Source of the DNA: an uncultured Verrucomicrobiae bacterium
GTDB lineage: Bacteria > Verrucomicrobiota > Verrucomicrobiia > Limisphaerales > JAFGQR01
Direction of reading: 5' to 3'
Length of the DNA: 64,000 nt
Assembly: GCA_963788655.1 (NCBI GenBank)
Contig: CAWBHS010000088.1
Location: 128,001-192,000 of the forward strand
Position numbers and translations under genes: made by a program. Of this stretch, positions 19,856 through 31,630 are shown piece after piece (positions within the stretch are counted from its first letter, which is position 1; each line of letters opens with the position of its first letter). Below the pieces are notes generated by a model. That model was not told the DNA's origin and searched no databases. It saw nothing but the letters and a program-made list of their open reading frames with translations.

Positions 19856-21739
19856 CTACTCCACTGTCACGCTCTTGGCCAGGTTGCGGGGTTTGTCCAC
19901 GTCGCAACCCCGGGCGACGGCGATGTGGTAGGCGAGGAGTTGGAGGGGGATGACGGCCAGCAATGGAAAGAGCGGTTCCAGCGTGGGCGGCAGGCAGATT
20001 ACGTCGTCTGCTTTTTGTTCGAGCTTGGTGTTGCCTTCGGTGGTCAACGCGATGATCGGGCCTTGCCGCGCCTTGATTTCTTCGAGGTTGCTGAAGGTCT
20101 TGTCGTAAAGCGAATCTTCCGGTATCACAAATACGCTCGGAGTCTTCTCGTCCATCGAGGGCAATGGGCCCGTGTTTCATTTCGGCGGCCGGATAGCCTT
20201 CGGCGTGGATGTAGGAAATTTCCTTGAGCTTCAACGCGCCTTCCAGCGCCACGGGGAAATTGTATTGGCGGCCCAGGAATAGGAAGTCTTCAGCGGCGGC
20301 GTACTTGAGGGCGATTTGGCGGATGACATCGTTCTGGGCAAGGACGGCTTCCATCTGTTGGGGGATCGCTTCCAGCGCGCGCATAATTTTCAATGCCCCG
20401 ACGCAGCGGACAACATGCGGATGCGGCCCATGAGCAGGGCCAGGAGCGTCAGCACGGCGACCTGCGAGGTAAAAGCCTTGGTGGAGGCCACGCCGATCTC
20501 CGGTCCGGCGTGCAGGTAGATGCCGCCGTCGGCTTCGCGGGCGATGGTGCTGCCCACCACGTTGCAGATGGCCAGCACTTTGTGGCCGCGCCGTTTGGAT
20601 TCGCGCAAGCCGGCCAGGGTGTCGGCCGTTTCGCCGGATTGGGTGATGACCAGGACGAGCGTGTGTTTCTCCAGCGGCGCGTTGCGGTAACGGAATTCGC
20701 TGGCGTATTCGACCTCGGTGGGAATGTGGGCGAACTCTTCAAACAGATATTCCCCGACCAGGGCCGCGTGCCAACTGGTGCCGCAGGCGGGAATGATGAT
20801 ATGGTCCACGTCGCGCAGTTCGGCCAGCGTCATGTTCAGACCGCCGAACTTGGCGGTGGCTTCGTCGTGGTCCAGTGCGGCCGCGCAAGGCATTCTCCAT
20901 GGTGCGCGGTTGCTCGAAGATTTCCTTGAGCATGAAATGCGGGAAAGGCACCGCGCTCAGCCGCCTCGGCGCTGAACTCGAGCTGGCTGATCTGCACCTG
21001 CGCTGGGTCCGAACCCAGGTTGGCCACCTGGAATTGATCTGCGGTCAAAGTCACCACGTCGTAGTCGTTCAGGTAAATGACTTCCCGGGTGTGCGAGGCG
21101 ACGGCGCGTGGCGTCGCTGGCCAGAAAGTTTTCCCCCTGGCCAATGCCGACAATCAAGGGTGATCCGCGCCGGGCACCGACCATCACGTTGGGATCATCG
21201 ACGCAGACGACCGCCATGCCGAAGGTGCCAATGACTTCGCGCAGGGCGTTCGTGACGGCGACGGTCAGCGGATGGTTTTCATGGGGATTGGGAATTCCAC
21301 CTCCGCCTTGGCGTTCGACGCAGACCTTTTCGTAGTGTACTCCGATCAAGTGAGCCAGCACCTCGGAGTCGGTCGTCGAACTGAAGGTGTGATCCTTGAG
21401 CCCATCCTTGAGCCGTTCGAAATTCTCGATGACGCCGTTGTGAACCACGGCGATTCGCCCCCGCTGGTCGTAGTGCGGATGAGAATTGTTGTCCGAAGGA
21501 ACACCGTGGGTGGCCCAGCGGGTGTGGCCCACGCCGGTGCCGCCCACCAGGGGTTGGTCGCGGAGCAGCACCGCCAGGCCATCATCAATTCGGCCTTGTT
21601 GCTTGCGCGTTTGCAGTTCCGTCCCGCGCAAGACAGAAATGCCCGCGCTGTCGTAACCGCGATATTCGAGCCGGCGCAACCCTTCGAGAATGATGGGGGC
21701 CGCCTGTTTTTTACCGACGTAACCTACAATGCCGCACAT
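19856..21739 (-). CDS. glmS: Glutamine--fructose-6-phosphate aminotransferase (several frameshifts, probably sequencing errors)
   Basis: [65 protein letters not shown] across frames. Confidence 0.96.
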
Positions 21740-21835
21740 TATGTTTGGAGCGAATAGCTTAACGGATGCCGCTTGCACTCATTTCCCATAGCAGGGTATA
21801 AACCAGCAAATCAATATTCACGACAAAGGCAATTT

Positions 21836-23143
21836 ATGGCGCAAAGCAAGCGATTGACACCCAACACCAGCAACGTGTTGGCCGTGATTATGGGGGGAGG
21901 TGTGGGCACGCGGTTGTTTCCCCTGACGCGGGACCGGGCCAAACCGGCAGTGCCGCTGGCCGGAAAATACCGCCTGGTGGACATCCCGATTTCCAATTGC
22001 ATCAATTCCGGCATGCGCCGCATTTACCTGCTCACTCAGTTCAATTCCACCTCATTGCACCGCCATATTTCGCAGACGTACAAGTTTGACCAGTTCATGG
22101 TCGGGTTCGTCGAGATTCTGGCCGCGCAAATGACGCTCACCGACTCGACGTGGTACCAGGGCACCGCGGATGCTGTGCGGAAGAACCTGGTCCACTTCTT
22201 GAATCATGATTTCGAATATATCGTCATCCTCAGCGGCGACCAACTGTACCGCATGGACCTGCGCCGCATTATCGCGCAGCACATCGAAACCTACGCCGAC
22301 GTGACGGTGGCCACGCTGCCGGTTCTGCGCAAGGATGTGCCGGGCTTCGGAATCATGGAAATGGCCGAGGACCGCCGCATCACCCGGTTTGTGGAGAAGC
22401 CCAAGGATCCGCAGATCCAGGACACGCTGCGGCTGGACAAGGCCTGGTATCCCAAGCTGGACATCGAAGGCGACGACGAGTTTTTCCTGGCCAGCATGGG
22501 CATCTATGTCTTCAACCGCGACGCCTTGATTCGCCTGCTGGACAATGATCTGGCCGACTTTGGCAAACACGTCATTCCCATGGCCATTGCCAACAGCCGC
22601 GTGTTCTCCTATGTGTTTCAAGGGTATTGGGAGGACGTGGGAACCATCCGTTCATTTTTCGAAGCGAACCTGGAAATCGTGGCCGAATTGCCGCGGTTCA
22701 ACTTCTTCGACATGGGCGCGCCGATTTTTACGCGTCCCCGCTTCCTGCCCGCCTCGAAATTCAACGGGGCTCACATCGAGCACGCGGTCATCTCGGATGG
22801 GTGTATTATTACCCAGGCGCAAATCCGGAATTCCGTGGTCGGCATTCGCAGCATCGTGGGCACCCACAGCGATTTGAACCGTTGCGTTGTACTGGGCAAC
22901 GATTACTACGAATCGCAATCCTCGATTCTCGAAAACGAGATGGTGGGCAAACCGCGCATTGGCATCGGCCAAAACGCCCGCATCGAGAACGCCATCATCG
23001 ATAAAAACGCCCGCATCGGCGACAACGTGGTGATCTCGCCCGCCGGCAAACCGGAAAACGTGGACCACCAGCATTACTACATTCGCGACGGGATCGTGGT
23101 CATTCCGAAGAATGGCTTCGTGCCGCACGGAATGACGATTTGA
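21836..23143 (+). CDS. glgC: Glucose-1-phosphate adenylyltransferase
   Basis: GGGVGTRLFPLTRDRAKPAVP, WYQGTADAV, FVEKP, ASMGIYVF, YWEDVGT and left-handed beta-helix C-terminus. Confidence 0.97.
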   Translation: MAQSKRLTPNTSNVLAVIMGGGVGTRLFPLTRDRAKPAVPLAGKYRLVDIPISNCINSGMRRIYLLTQFNSTSLHRHISQTYKFDQFMVGFVEILAAQMTLTDSTWYQGTADAVRKNLVHFLNHDFEYIVILSGDQLYRMDLRRIIAQHIETYADVTVATLPVLRKDVPGFGIMEMAEDRRITRFVEKPKDPQIQDTLRLDKAWYPKLDIEGDDEFFLASMGIYVFNRDALIRLLDNDLADFGKHVIPMAIANSRVFSYVFQGYWEDVGTIRSFFEANLEIVAELPRFNFFDMGAPIFTRPRFLPASKFNGAHIEHAVISDGCIITQAQIRNSVVGIRSIVGTHSDLNRCVVLGNDYYESQSSILENEMVGKPRIGIGQNARIENAIIDKNARIGDNVVISPAGKPENVDHQHYYIRDGIVVIPKNGFVPHGMTI

Positions 23144-23183
23144 AGTCAGCGACCGATGGCACGGCCAACCTGGAGGCAGCCGT

Positions 23184-24861
23184 TCAGCGAAGGAGCGTGG
23201 CGGCGTGACGGCGGGCGGCGTCGCTCTGTCCCCCCAGCATGCGCGCCAGTTCTGTGACGCGATCTTTTCGCTCCAGCAACTCGATTTCGGAAATGGTCCG
23301 GCCCTCTTTGACTTGTTTGGTCACCACGTAATGGGCCGTGCCGTGGGCGGCGACTTGGGGTAGATGCGTAATGCAAATAACCTGTCGGCGGTCGGCAATC
23401 TGACGCATTTTTTCGCCGACCGCATTCGCAGTTTCGCCGCCGACGTTGGCGTCCACTTCGTCGAAAATCAGCACCGGAATTTCGTCCTCGGCCGCCAGCA
23501 CGGTCTTGAGACCCAACATCACCCGCGCCATTTCGCCCGAGGACGCAATGGCGCGTAACGGGTGGGCGGGTTCACCCGGATTGGGCGCGAACTGGAACTC
23601 GACAGCATCCAAACCGCTGGTCGAGATGGACACGGGCGAAGGAGAATTTGACGTTGCCGTGGTGAGGGTGACATCGAACTGGCATTGATTGAAGCCCAGG
23701 GCTTGCAGTTGTTTCTCGACGGCTTTGCTGAGCCGCGGAATCAACTTGCGGCGTTGGGCCGAGAGTTCCTTGCCGCAGCGCCACAGTTCCTGGTCCAGCT
23801 TTTCGAGTTCACTGTTGATCCGGGCCAGTTCCGCTTCGCGCTCTTGCAGACTGTGCAGCTTGCGTTGCGCTTGCTCGCCAAACGCGATCACCTCGGCCAG
23901 CGTTGAGCCATACTTGCGTTTCAGGGAATGCATCAGGTTCAGCCGCTCTTCGAGTTCGTGCAGGCGGGCGGGGTCGAGTTCGAGACGGTCCACGTAATGG
24001 GCGAGTTCATTCTGCAATTCCCGCAAACCGGTCGCCGCCTGCTCCTGGGCAGCCACGAGCGTCGCCGCCCCCGAATCAATTCGGTGCAACTCCTGGAGAA
24101 TACGGCCCAGCGCGCCCGTTTGGGTCATCACCGAGGCCTCGCTCTCGCCCAGCAGGTTGACTGCGGCCTGACCGAGTTCGAGGAGTTTGGCGGCGTTGCT
24201 GGCGCGCTGATGGTTCTGTTCCAACTCCGCTTCCTCTTCGGGATGCAAGCGAGCGGCACTGATTTCATTGACTTGAAACCGCAGTAAATCGAGTTGTTGG
24301 GCGTAAGTCTGCTCGTCCACGACCAGCGCGGCCTTATCAGCCTCGAGGGCGGTGCGCCGGCGAACTCGCGCCGCAAAGGCTTCGCGCGATCCGTGCAAGT
24401 TGCCAAAGGCATCCAGGATGGTGAGTTGTCGGGCGGCATGCAGCAGTGACTGATGATCGTGCGGGCCATGAATGTCCACGAGCCATTCCCCGACACTGGC
24501 CAGAATGGTGAGGGTGGTCGGCGAACCGTTGATGAATTGGCGATTCGAGCCGGCAGCGGTAAAGGAGCGTTTAAGAACGAGTTGGCCTGCTTCGCACGGT
24601 TCCAGGCCGTTCTCTTCGAGGAACGCCGGCAGCGGGGCGCGGAGACGGCTGACATCGAAACACCGCTTCAACGGAGCAAGCGTCCGCGCCGCTGCGAATC
24701 AGGGTGCGGTCGGCGCGTTCACCCAGCACCAGCGTGAGGGCGCCGATGAGGATGGACTTGCCGGCGCCAGTTTCGCCAGTGATGACGTTGAGGCCGGGCT
24801 GAAGCTCCAGCGTCAGGTCGGCCACCAGGGCGAGGTTCTTGATCCGCAGCGTCGTCAGCAT
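23184..24861 (-). CDS. recN: DNA repair protein RecN (frameshift near 24665)
   Basis: MLTTLRIKNLAL, TGETGAGKS Walker A, IHGPHDHQ, ASSGEMARVML, LIFDEVDANVGG, CITHLPQVAA. Confidence 0.96.
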
Positions 24862-25116
24862 GGTAGAAAACGTTCGCGCTGAATTTGGCGTTTGTGCTAG
24901 GTTCGCGCAAAGAAATTCTTGAGCATGAACCGACATCAATTGCGGGAAATAAAGGGCAGTGACGAGTGTACAGGTTTCGAGCAGTGGGCAAACTGGCGAA
25001 CTGGCGATGGGGGTATTAACCAACCACTAGGCGGATTCGTGAGCGGTCGCTACGCTGGTCGAAATGTGCATTGCCGTCCTGAGCCTGGCGGGGATTTCGT
25101 TTTGCGCGGCAGCGTT

Positions 25117-25192
25117 TTGGAGTGCGGCAGTCCTCTGCCGCTTTTCGATCATTGGGGGCATCCGAAAGCGGTAGAGGACTGCCGCACTCCAA
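25117..25192. repeat. REP-like inverted doublet, GGAGTGCGGCAGTCCTCTGCCGCTTT family
   Basis: Arms at about 25117-25144 and 25165-25192 are near-perfect reverse complements. Confidence 0.85.
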
Positions 25193-25283
25193 GACCTGGC
25201 GGCGAGTCGGCTGGTGGCTTCCCCGAAGACCAAAACTGTCTTTGCAGCCCCAATCTTCCAGCCGTTAGTTGCCCCACCACGTA

Positions 25284-26084
25284 ATGTCGTTTTCATTTGT
25301 TTTTCTCGGCTCGGGCACCTCGCAGGGGGTGCCCATCATTGGCAAGGAGTATCCGGCTGAATTCCTGGCCAACCCGAAAAACCATCGCACGCGCCCTTCC
25401 ATTTACGTCGAAACGCCGCAGGTCAAATTCGTGGTGGATACGACGCCGGAATTCCGCATTCAGTGTCTGCGGGAAAACATCCGGTGGCTGGATGCGGTGA
25501 TTATCACCCACGCGCACGCCGATCACGTGATGGGCTTGGACGATTGCCGGCGGTTTTGTGATCTGCGCGGTGGCAAAGCGCTACCGGTCTATGCGGGCGC
25601 CGAACACATGGAGATCATTCAGCGGGTGTATGCCTACGCCTTTCATAATGGCCCGTGGCCCAGGGGATATTTCATTCCGGACCCCCATGTCATTGAAGGC
25701 CCGTTTGTCGTGGGCGATTTGCACATCACGCCCTTCGAATTGCCGCACGGCAAAATGCGATCACGCGGTTTTCTTTTCAGCCAGAATGGAGTCAAACGGC
25801 TGGCGTACTTGAACGATTGCAAGGAGGTGCCGCCGGAAGTCATCCGCGAGGTGCAGGGGGTGGAGGTGGCGGTATTGGATGCGTTGCGGCGGGACCCGCA
25901 CCCGACCCACATGAACCGCGACGAAGCCATTGCCACCGCTCGTCAGATTGGAGCGGCCCGAACTTACTTCACGCATTTGACGCACGATTACGACCATGAC
26001 CGGTCGCAAGCCGAATTGCCGCCGGGTATTTGGCTGGCGTATGATGGGTTACGCGTCAGTATCCCGGAAGACATCGCTCTATGA
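25284..26084 (+). CDS. MBL-fold metallo-hydrolase, PhnP/YycJ-like
   Basis: [40 protein letters not shown]. Confidence 0.92.
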   Translation: MSFSFVFLGSGTSQGVPIIGKEYPAEFLANPKNHRTRPSIYVETPQVKFVVDTTPEFRIQCLRENIRWLDAVIITHAHADHVMGLDDCRRFCDLRGGKALPVYAGAEHMEIIQRVYAYAFHNGPWPRGYFIPDPHVIEGPFVVGDLHITPFELPHGKMRSRGFLFSQNGVKRLAYLNDCKEVPPEVIREVQGVEVAVLDALRRDPHPTHMNRDEAIATARQIGAARTYFTHLTHDYDHDRSQAELPPGIWLAYDGLRVSIPEDIAL

Positions 26085-27961
26085 AGCAAAGCACCCCACG
26101 ATTATTTCGCCGAATTCTTGTTGCGGGTAGGGCGAGACTCCGTCGAGCCCTGACATTCCCGCATCGCGTTCAATTATCCACAACCGGAAACGTGGAAAGC
26201 CTCGGGCGTCTCGAACACCAAACCTCTCCCCTGAGACGACCGTTGATCGGCGGACGCCCTCCGGGGAAGTCAGGGCTCGACGGAGTCTCGCCCTACCGGA
26301 TTGGACTCTCGCTGCTCTGGCTGATCATCTGCGCTATCTGTTGGGCGTTCTCCGTTCCGACCCAAGCCGCCGACAATCCCGGCGACGAAGTGGTGGTGGT
26401 TTACAACACCACCATGCCCGAATCGCGCGAGGTGGCGGAATACTACGCTAAACGCCGCCAAGTGCCCGCCAGCCAGGTGATGGGATTTGCGTTGCCCCAA
26501 TCGGAAACCATTTCGCGGCCGGCGTACACGGCGGAGCTGCAAATCCCGCTCTCGAAGAAGTTGGAAGCTGGCAACTTGTTCACGTTCACGAAGACCAACG
26601 GTGGCCTACGACAGGTGACCAGCGCGAAGATACGTTACCTCGCGCTGTGCTACGGAGTGCCGATCAAAATCCAAAGTGATCCCGCACTGGTTGAGCCCGA
26701 AGCTGAGAAATTGCAGCCTGAACTCCGACGCAACGAGGCTTCGGTGGATAGCGAATTGGCTTGTTTGCCGGTGGTTGAATCCAAGTTCATCTGCGCCGGT
26801 CCCCGAAGGAATCTGCTTTACGGCACGACCAACGCCGCGTGGCTGAATCCAACCAACGGAATCTTGCTGGTAACGCGGCTCGACGGACCGACCCCGGAAA
26901 TTGCCCGCGGCCTGGTGGACAAGGCGCTGGCCGCGGAAAAGGACGGCCTCTGGGGGCGGGCTTATTTCGACCTGGGGTGGAGCCAGGGCAACAGCAATTA
27001 CTTGAGTGGGGATCAATGGATTTTCGAAGCGGCCAAGCTGTGCCGAAACCTGGGTTTTGAAACCGTCCTCGATACCAACAAAGGCACGTTCCCCGCCACG
27101 TTTCCATTGTGCCAAACGGCCTTTTATGCGGGTTGGTATGCCGGCCAGGCCGAGGGACCGTTTAGCTGGGACGGAGTCGAGTTTATGCCTGGTGCGTTCG
27201 CGTATCATTTGCACTCGTTCAGTGCGGCCACCATTCGCTCGGCCACGCACAATTGGGTCGGGCCATTGCTGGCCAAAGGCGCGACCGCCACGATGGGCAG
27301 CGTGTATGAGCCGTATCTGGCGGCCACGCCAAACATGGGAATCTTCTTTGGGCGCTTCACCTTCTTCGGCTTCAGTTTCGGCGAAGCCGCGTGGGCGGCG
27401 CAGAATTGTGTCTCCTGGCAAAACCTCGCGGTGGGTGATCCGCTCTATCGTCCGTTTGGCCGACGGCCCGAACAATATGCGGCGGAACTGGAACGTCGCG
27501 GAAGCAAATTGATCGATTGGTTCGTATTGATGCGCCTCAATATTGGTCTGGCCAAAGGCGGCACGTTGGGCGGCGCCATTGAGGCACTCAAAGCTTCAAA
27601 GTTCACGGCCAAAAGCGCTTTGCTCGAAGAAAAACTGGGCGATCTTTTTTGGCTGGGTGACGATCGTTCGGAAAGTCTCAGCGCTTTCGACAAGGCCCTA
27701 AAATTGAAGCCGACACGCCTGCAAAAACTGCGTCTGTTGCTCCGGCAAACCGAACGGCTCACCCTTGATGGCAAGCGGAAACAAGCAATTGAACGCTACC
27801 AGCAACTGCTCAAGGACTATCCGGATTACCCCGGCCAATTGGACCTCTATCAAAAGCTGTTACCGTTGGCGCGCGAGGAGGGCAACAAGTCCGTGGTGAA
27901 GAAGTGCGAGAAAGAGATCGAGCGTTTGTCACCCCCGCCAGCCGAACCACCAACTGAATAG
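26081..27961 (+). CDS. TIGR03790-family exported protein with C-terminal TPR-like region
   Basis: EVVVVYN...[68 protein letters not shown]. Confidence 0.85.
   Translation: MKQSTPRLFRRILVAGRARLRRALTFPHRVQLSTTGNVESLGRLEHQTSPLRRPLIGGRPPGKSGLDGVSPYRIGLSLLWLIICAICWAFSVPTQAADNPGDEVVVVYNTTMPESREVAEYYAKRRQVPASQVMGFALPQSETISRPAYTAELQIPLSKKLEAGNLFTFTKTNGGLRQVTSAKIRYLALCYGVPIKIQSDPALVEPEAEKLQPELRRNEASVDSELACLPVVESKFICAGPRRNLLYGTTNAAWLNPTNGILLVTRLDGPTPEIARGLVDKALAAEKDGLWGRAYFDLGWSQGNSNYLSGDQWIFEAAKLCRNLGFETVLDTNKGTFPATFPLCQTAFYAGWYAGQAEGPFSWDGVEFMPGAFAYHLHSFSAATIRSATHNWVGPLLAKGATATMGSVYEPYLAATPNMGIFFGRFTFFGFSFGEAAWAAQNCVSWQNLAVGDPLYRPFGRRPEQYAAELERRGSKLIDWFVLMRLNIGLAKGGTLGGAIEALKASKFTAKSALLEEKLGDLFWLGDDRSESLSAFDKALKLKPTRLQKLRLLLRQTERLTLDGKRKQAIERYQQLLKDYPDYPGQLDLYQKLLPLAREEGNKSVVKKCEKEIERLSPPPAEPPTE
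26126..26297. repeat. REP-like inverted doublet, GGTAGGGCGAGACTCCGTCGAGCCCTGAC family, inside the 5' end of the TIGR03790 ORF
   Basis: Perfect 29-bp inverted repeat, 26126-26154 versus 26269-26297. Confidence 0.9.
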
Positions 27962-28015
27962 GCGGTGCCCATTCAGTTGGCGCGGGCTTGGATCCCTGCC
28001 GCCAGCCGCAATTCA

Positions 28016-28149
28016 TTCGGATAGGCGTCCCGCGTGTCTTGAACGGCACCAAGACGTGGACTTGGGTCGCAACCCCCAGACTTTTTCGGCGTCAGCAAAC
28101 AGTAAGGAAAGCCCTGAGCTGTTCGAGACCGGCGAGAGGCCTGTCCTAC
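28016..28149. repeat. REP-like doublet, GTAGGACAGGCGTCYCGCCTGTC family (degenerate copy)
   Basis: ggataggcgtcccgcgtgtcttgaac ... gttcgagaccggcgagaggcctgtcctac between convergent genes. Confidence 0.75.
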
Positions 28150-28189
28150 GTTGTCGAATTCTCTCGTGACGGCTCCAGTTGCTGCATCG

Positions 28190-29353
28190 TCACGACTTGG
28201 CTGGTTTTCCCCGCACGAACACCTGAAGTGTCTTCAACCGTTTATACTTGGTAAACTCAAGCACGCAGAAATCCGCCGGGGCACCCACGCTTAAAGGAGG
28301 CGGAAAACCCATCAGCTTTGCCGGCGTCTCGCTAAAACGCCGCCAGGTATCCTGCCAGTCGCACCGCAACATTTCGGTGGCACGCAGGACCGCATCCAGG
28401 GGCGAAACCGCGGAGCCAGCGAGATTGCCCGTGCCGGGCAGCCGCACCGCTTTGTCCTGGCCGACTTCCAATTCTAAACGTCCCAGCGTGTAGGTGCCGG
28501 CCGGCAGTCCCGCCGCCGCCATGGCATCGGAAATGTAATAGACCGAGTCCGGCCCCAGTACGCGATGAATCAGCCGAAACAACGGCGGCGACACGTGAAT
28601 CCGGTCGGGGATCAGACTCACAATCAATCCGGGCGTATCCAGTACGCGCCAGATGATGTTGTCGCTGCGATTCAGCATCGGTGGGCAGGCGTTGCCCAAA
28701 TGGGTAAACGCCGTCGCGCCCGCTTGGACGGCTTTCTTGAGCCAGGCTTGGGAAACGTTGGTATGGCCCAAACTAACTTTCATGCCCAACTGAACGGCCA
28801 GGCGAATCGCGGCAATGGCGTCCGCGCTGGCGGGCGAAAGAGTTAATAGCACCGGATCACTGCCGGTGAGATTCCGGATTTCGCGAATGTGTTTGGGCGT
28901 GACCGGAATCATGGCGGCGGCATCGTGGGCGCCGCAATAACCCGGTTCCGCCGAAAGAAACGGTCCTTCCAAATGCCAGCCGGCGATGGCATGCCGCAAT
29001 TCGGCGGAACGTGCGCGCAACCGGCGCAGGCGTTCGAGCCTGGCCGTCATGCGCGGCCAGGCGTCGGTCATCAGGGTAAGGAAAAATTGCGCGCAACCAG
29101 TGGATTGGAGCCGGCGCGCCGCCAACAAAAGCTGTTTTTGTGTGATCGCATCCTGCTGAAAATCCACTCCGGCGAAACCATTGATCTGCAAATCGAGCAG
29201 CGGCGGCGCGACCCAGCGGTGAGCCGGAACTTTGCCGGAATACGGTTCCAGGGCCGTGATGGCGCCGTTCTGCCAGCGAAGTCGGACGGGCTCGTGGGTG
29301 GCGTAGTGGCGCGCCTTGATTTCGGATTGTGGTGTTGCGCTGCGACCGTTCAT
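28190..29353 (-). CDS. nagA: N-acetylglucosamine-6-phosphate deacetylase family amidohydrolase
   Basis: DLQINGFAGVDF, WHLEGPFLS, SLGHT, FTHLGNA, IPDRIHV, ISDAM, LAGS. Confidence 0.88.
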   Translation of the reverse strand: MNGRSATPQSEIKARHYATHEPVRLRWQNGAITALEPYSGKVPAHRWVAPPLLDLQINGFAGVDFQQDAITQKQLLLAARRLQSTGCAQFFLTLMTDAWPRMTARLERLRRLRARSAELRHAIAGWHLEGPFLSAEPGYCGAHDAAAMIPVTPKHIREIRNLTGSDPVLLTLSPASADAIAAIRLAVQLGMKVSLGHTNVSQAWLKKAVQAGATAFTHLGNACPPMLNRSDNIIWRVLDTPGLIVSLIPDRIHVSPPLFRLIHRVLGPDSVYYISDAMAAAGLPAGTYTLGRLELEVGQDKAVRLPGTGNLAGSAVSPLDAVLRATEMLRCDWQDTWRRFSETPAKLMGFPPPLSVGAPADFCVLEFTKYKRLKTLQVFVRGKPAKS

Positions 29354-29444
29354 TGATGTTGCCAACCGTCGTTGGTTAGTCCGCGTTTGGTCAAGATTTT
29401 CCGGATGGCTAACTCCATCTCGCGTTTAAGATGAGACTACCACC

Positions 29445-29513
29445 GGAGCGCGGACATTCCGGTCCGCTTGCGCAACCCAATCCCCGCCGAGCGGGCAGGA
29501 ATGCCCGCGCTCC
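29445..29513. repeat. REP-like inverted doublet, GGAGCGCGGACATTCC family
   Basis: ggagcgcggacattccggtccgct ... agcgggcaggaatgcccgcgctcc. Confidence 0.8.
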
Positions 29514-29564
29514 AGTTCAATTCCGCATTCGGCTTAACTTGAAAGCGAAATGGAATATGACCTA

Positions 29565-29730
29565 CGGGAACAGCCGCGACGGTTGTCTTACGTGGGCGCG
29601 TGCGCCGCGCGCTGGTAGGACAGGCGTCTCGCCTGTCTCGGACTTGGCCACCGCGTCCGTTTGCATATCAAACGTTCAGCAATCCGAGGACATTGCTGGA
29701 CGTTCGCGACAGCCGGGACGGCTGTCCTAC
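29565..29730. repeat. GTAGGACAGGCGTCTCGCCTGTC-family REP: one solo arm plus one doublet
   Basis: Solo cagccgcgacggttgtcttac at about 29571-29591; doublet arms 29615-29642 and 29703-29730. Confidence 0.85.
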
Positions 29731-29803
29731 CCGGGCACGGATGGGAAGCGGTTTGGGAGACTGCTTGCATTCTGGCGCAAAACTGACCAAACATAAGCAG
29801 ATT

Positions 29804-30628
29804 ATGACTGGTAGCGAAGTGCCCCGAATAGCGAAGTGGCCATTTATTGCCGGTGATCTGCTCCTGGTGGGCGTCGCCGTGTGGATCGTGAACCATTACG
29901 CGCCGCCCCTCGAAATGTGGGCGTTGTTTTGTCTGACGGCTTGCGTGGCGATTGGGGCGTGGTTGGCGGTGACGCCGTTCCTGGTCCAATACCAGGCCAC
30001 GTTGAAGTTCGCCGAAGCCGACGCCCTCACGACGGCCGTCGAGCAGATCAACAGCGTGCGCACGCTGGCGAACCAGATCAGTTTTGCCACGGCCCAATGG
30101 CAGGTCGTCCAGGAGCATGCCGGCCGCACGGTCGAGGAAGCCCGCAGCATCGGTGAAAAGATGACCGAAGAAGCCCGGGCGTTCGGCGAATTCATGGCCA
30201 AGGCGAATGACCGGGAAAAGGGGCATTTGCGGTTGGAAGTGGACAAGCTGCGCCGGGGTCAGGAGGAATGGTTGCAGGTGCTGGTCGGATTGCTCGATCA
30301 CGTTTTTGCTCTCTATCGCGCCGGGTTGGGATCGGGACAGGAGAATTTGGTCAATCAACTGACGAATTACCAGATGGCCTGTCGGGACATGGTGCGCCGC
30401 TTGGGGCTGATTCCTTTCGAGGCCCAAACGCAGGAACCGTTCAACCGCGAAAGCCATCAATTGACCGATCCTCAGGCCAGCCCGCCGGACGGGTCCCACG
30501 TCACCGAAACCCTGGCCACCGGTTACACTTTCCAGGGCCAGCTTCTCCGCCGGGCGGTGGTCAAGACGGAGGCGTCCCCGTTACCCGCCCCGGAAGAAGA
30601 GGCGACGGTACCGTTGGGCAACAGTTGA
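29804..30628 (+). CDS. GrpE-like protein with N-terminal transmembrane hairpin
   Basis: Two hydrophobic helices, coiled coil, then GrpE-like head [20 protein letters not shown]...[20 protein letters not shown]. Confidence 0.75.
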   Translation: MTGSEVPRIAKWPFIAGDLLLVGVAVWIVNHYAPPLEMWALFCLTACVAIGAWLAVTPFLVQYQATLKFAEADALTTAVEQINSVRTLANQISFATAQWQVVQEHAGRTVEEARSIGEKMTEEARAFGEFMAKANDREKGHLRLEVDKLRRGQEEWLQVLVGLLDHVFALYRAGLGSGQENLVNQLTNYQMACRDMVRRLGLIPFEAQTQEPFNRESHQLTDPQASPPDGSHVTETLATGYTFQGQLLRRAVVKTEASPLPAPEEEATVPLGNS

Positions 30629-30701
30629 AGCCGACGTCCCGCCCCAGCCGCCAGCCTTCGTCCGCTTGTGGAATGTGGCTAAATCGGCTACTTTTACAGC
30701 C

Positions 30702-31406
30702 ATGAGCATCTGGATTCCAAGCGCCCGCCGCCGCGCATTTACGCTTATTGAGCTGTTGGTCGTGATCGCGATCATCTCCATCCTGGCGGGATTGCTGTTG
30801 CCGGCGCTTTCCCGCGCCAAGGGCAAAGCCATGCGCATTTCCTGCATTAACAATCTCAAGCAAGTGGGGATCGGGTTTCGGATGTGGGCGGACGACAATG
30901 GTGACCGTTTTCCTTGGCAGATTTCCGAGACCCAAGGAGGCACCCGTGGTGTTTCCGAGGCTTGGCGACATTACCAATTGGTCCGAAATGAATTTGTCAG
31001 TCCGCGAATTTTGCGCTGTCCCAGCGATCGTGATGCCGAAGAAGCGCTCGATTTTTCCGACGATGCGAATGACGGCTTTGGTGGACTGAAAGATCGAGCG
31101 CTGAGCTATTTCGTCGCGCCGGAAGCGGAACAGAGCCGCGTGTTCGCGCACGTGGCCGGAGACCGTAATGTGCGGGGAACCGAGGAGCAAATCTGCCAGG
31201 TCAGCGGGATTTTGGACCGGGTGATTACCTGGCTGAATCCCAACACCAAAATCTATTGGGACGGCAAGGTTCACCAGCATGCCGGCAACATGGTTCTGAT
31301 GGACGGCAGCGCCCATCAACTGTCGCAGAATTCCTTGATCGAGCAGATGCGGGAAACCGGCGATGGTAACCTGAGCAATTGCATTCTCAAGCCGCGCGCG
31401 GAATAG
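30702..31406 (+). CDS. Prepilin-type N-terminal cleavage/methylation protein with H-X-DG C-terminal motif
   Basis: [57 protein letters not shown]; a PVC-typical family. Confidence 0.92.
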   Translation: MSIWIPSARRRAFTLIELLVVIAIISILAGLLLPALSRAKGKAMRISCINNLKQVGIGFRMWADDNGDRFPWQISETQGGTRGVSEAWRHYQLVRNEFVSPRILRCPSDRDAEEALDFSDDANDGFGGLKDRALSYFVAPEAEQSRVFAHVAGDRNVRGTEEQICQVSGILDRVITWLNPNTKIYWDGKVHQHAGNMVLMDGSAHQLSQNSLIEQMRETGDGNLSNCILKPRAE

Positions 31407-31431
31407 GGGCGAAATCCGAAGGCGAAGTTTG

Positions 31432-31465
31432 CCCCTCACCCTAACCCTCTCCCCAAGGAGAGGGA
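31432..31465. repeat. CCCCTCACCCTAACCCTCTCCC palindromic repeat
   Basis: cccctcaccctaaccctctccccaaggagaggga; inverse relative of 17455-17493. Confidence 0.7.
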
Positions 31466-31630
31466 ACAGCCAGGGGGACCGTCGATCAATTCGAGCATTC
31501 CCTGCGCATTCACCGCCACAGGCGCCTTCGTCCAAAACGGATCGAAGGTCGATTTCGGTTTTCGGTATTTCCTTTGCCATTGCGACAGTCATCGCCAATA
31601 TCAGCGGCGGTCCTGAACCCGTTCCGCAGC

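Noticed and set aside
21740..21835. glmS ribozyme upstream of glmS
   Set aside because: Only about 96 bp shared with the divergent glgC, and no recognisable ribozyme core.
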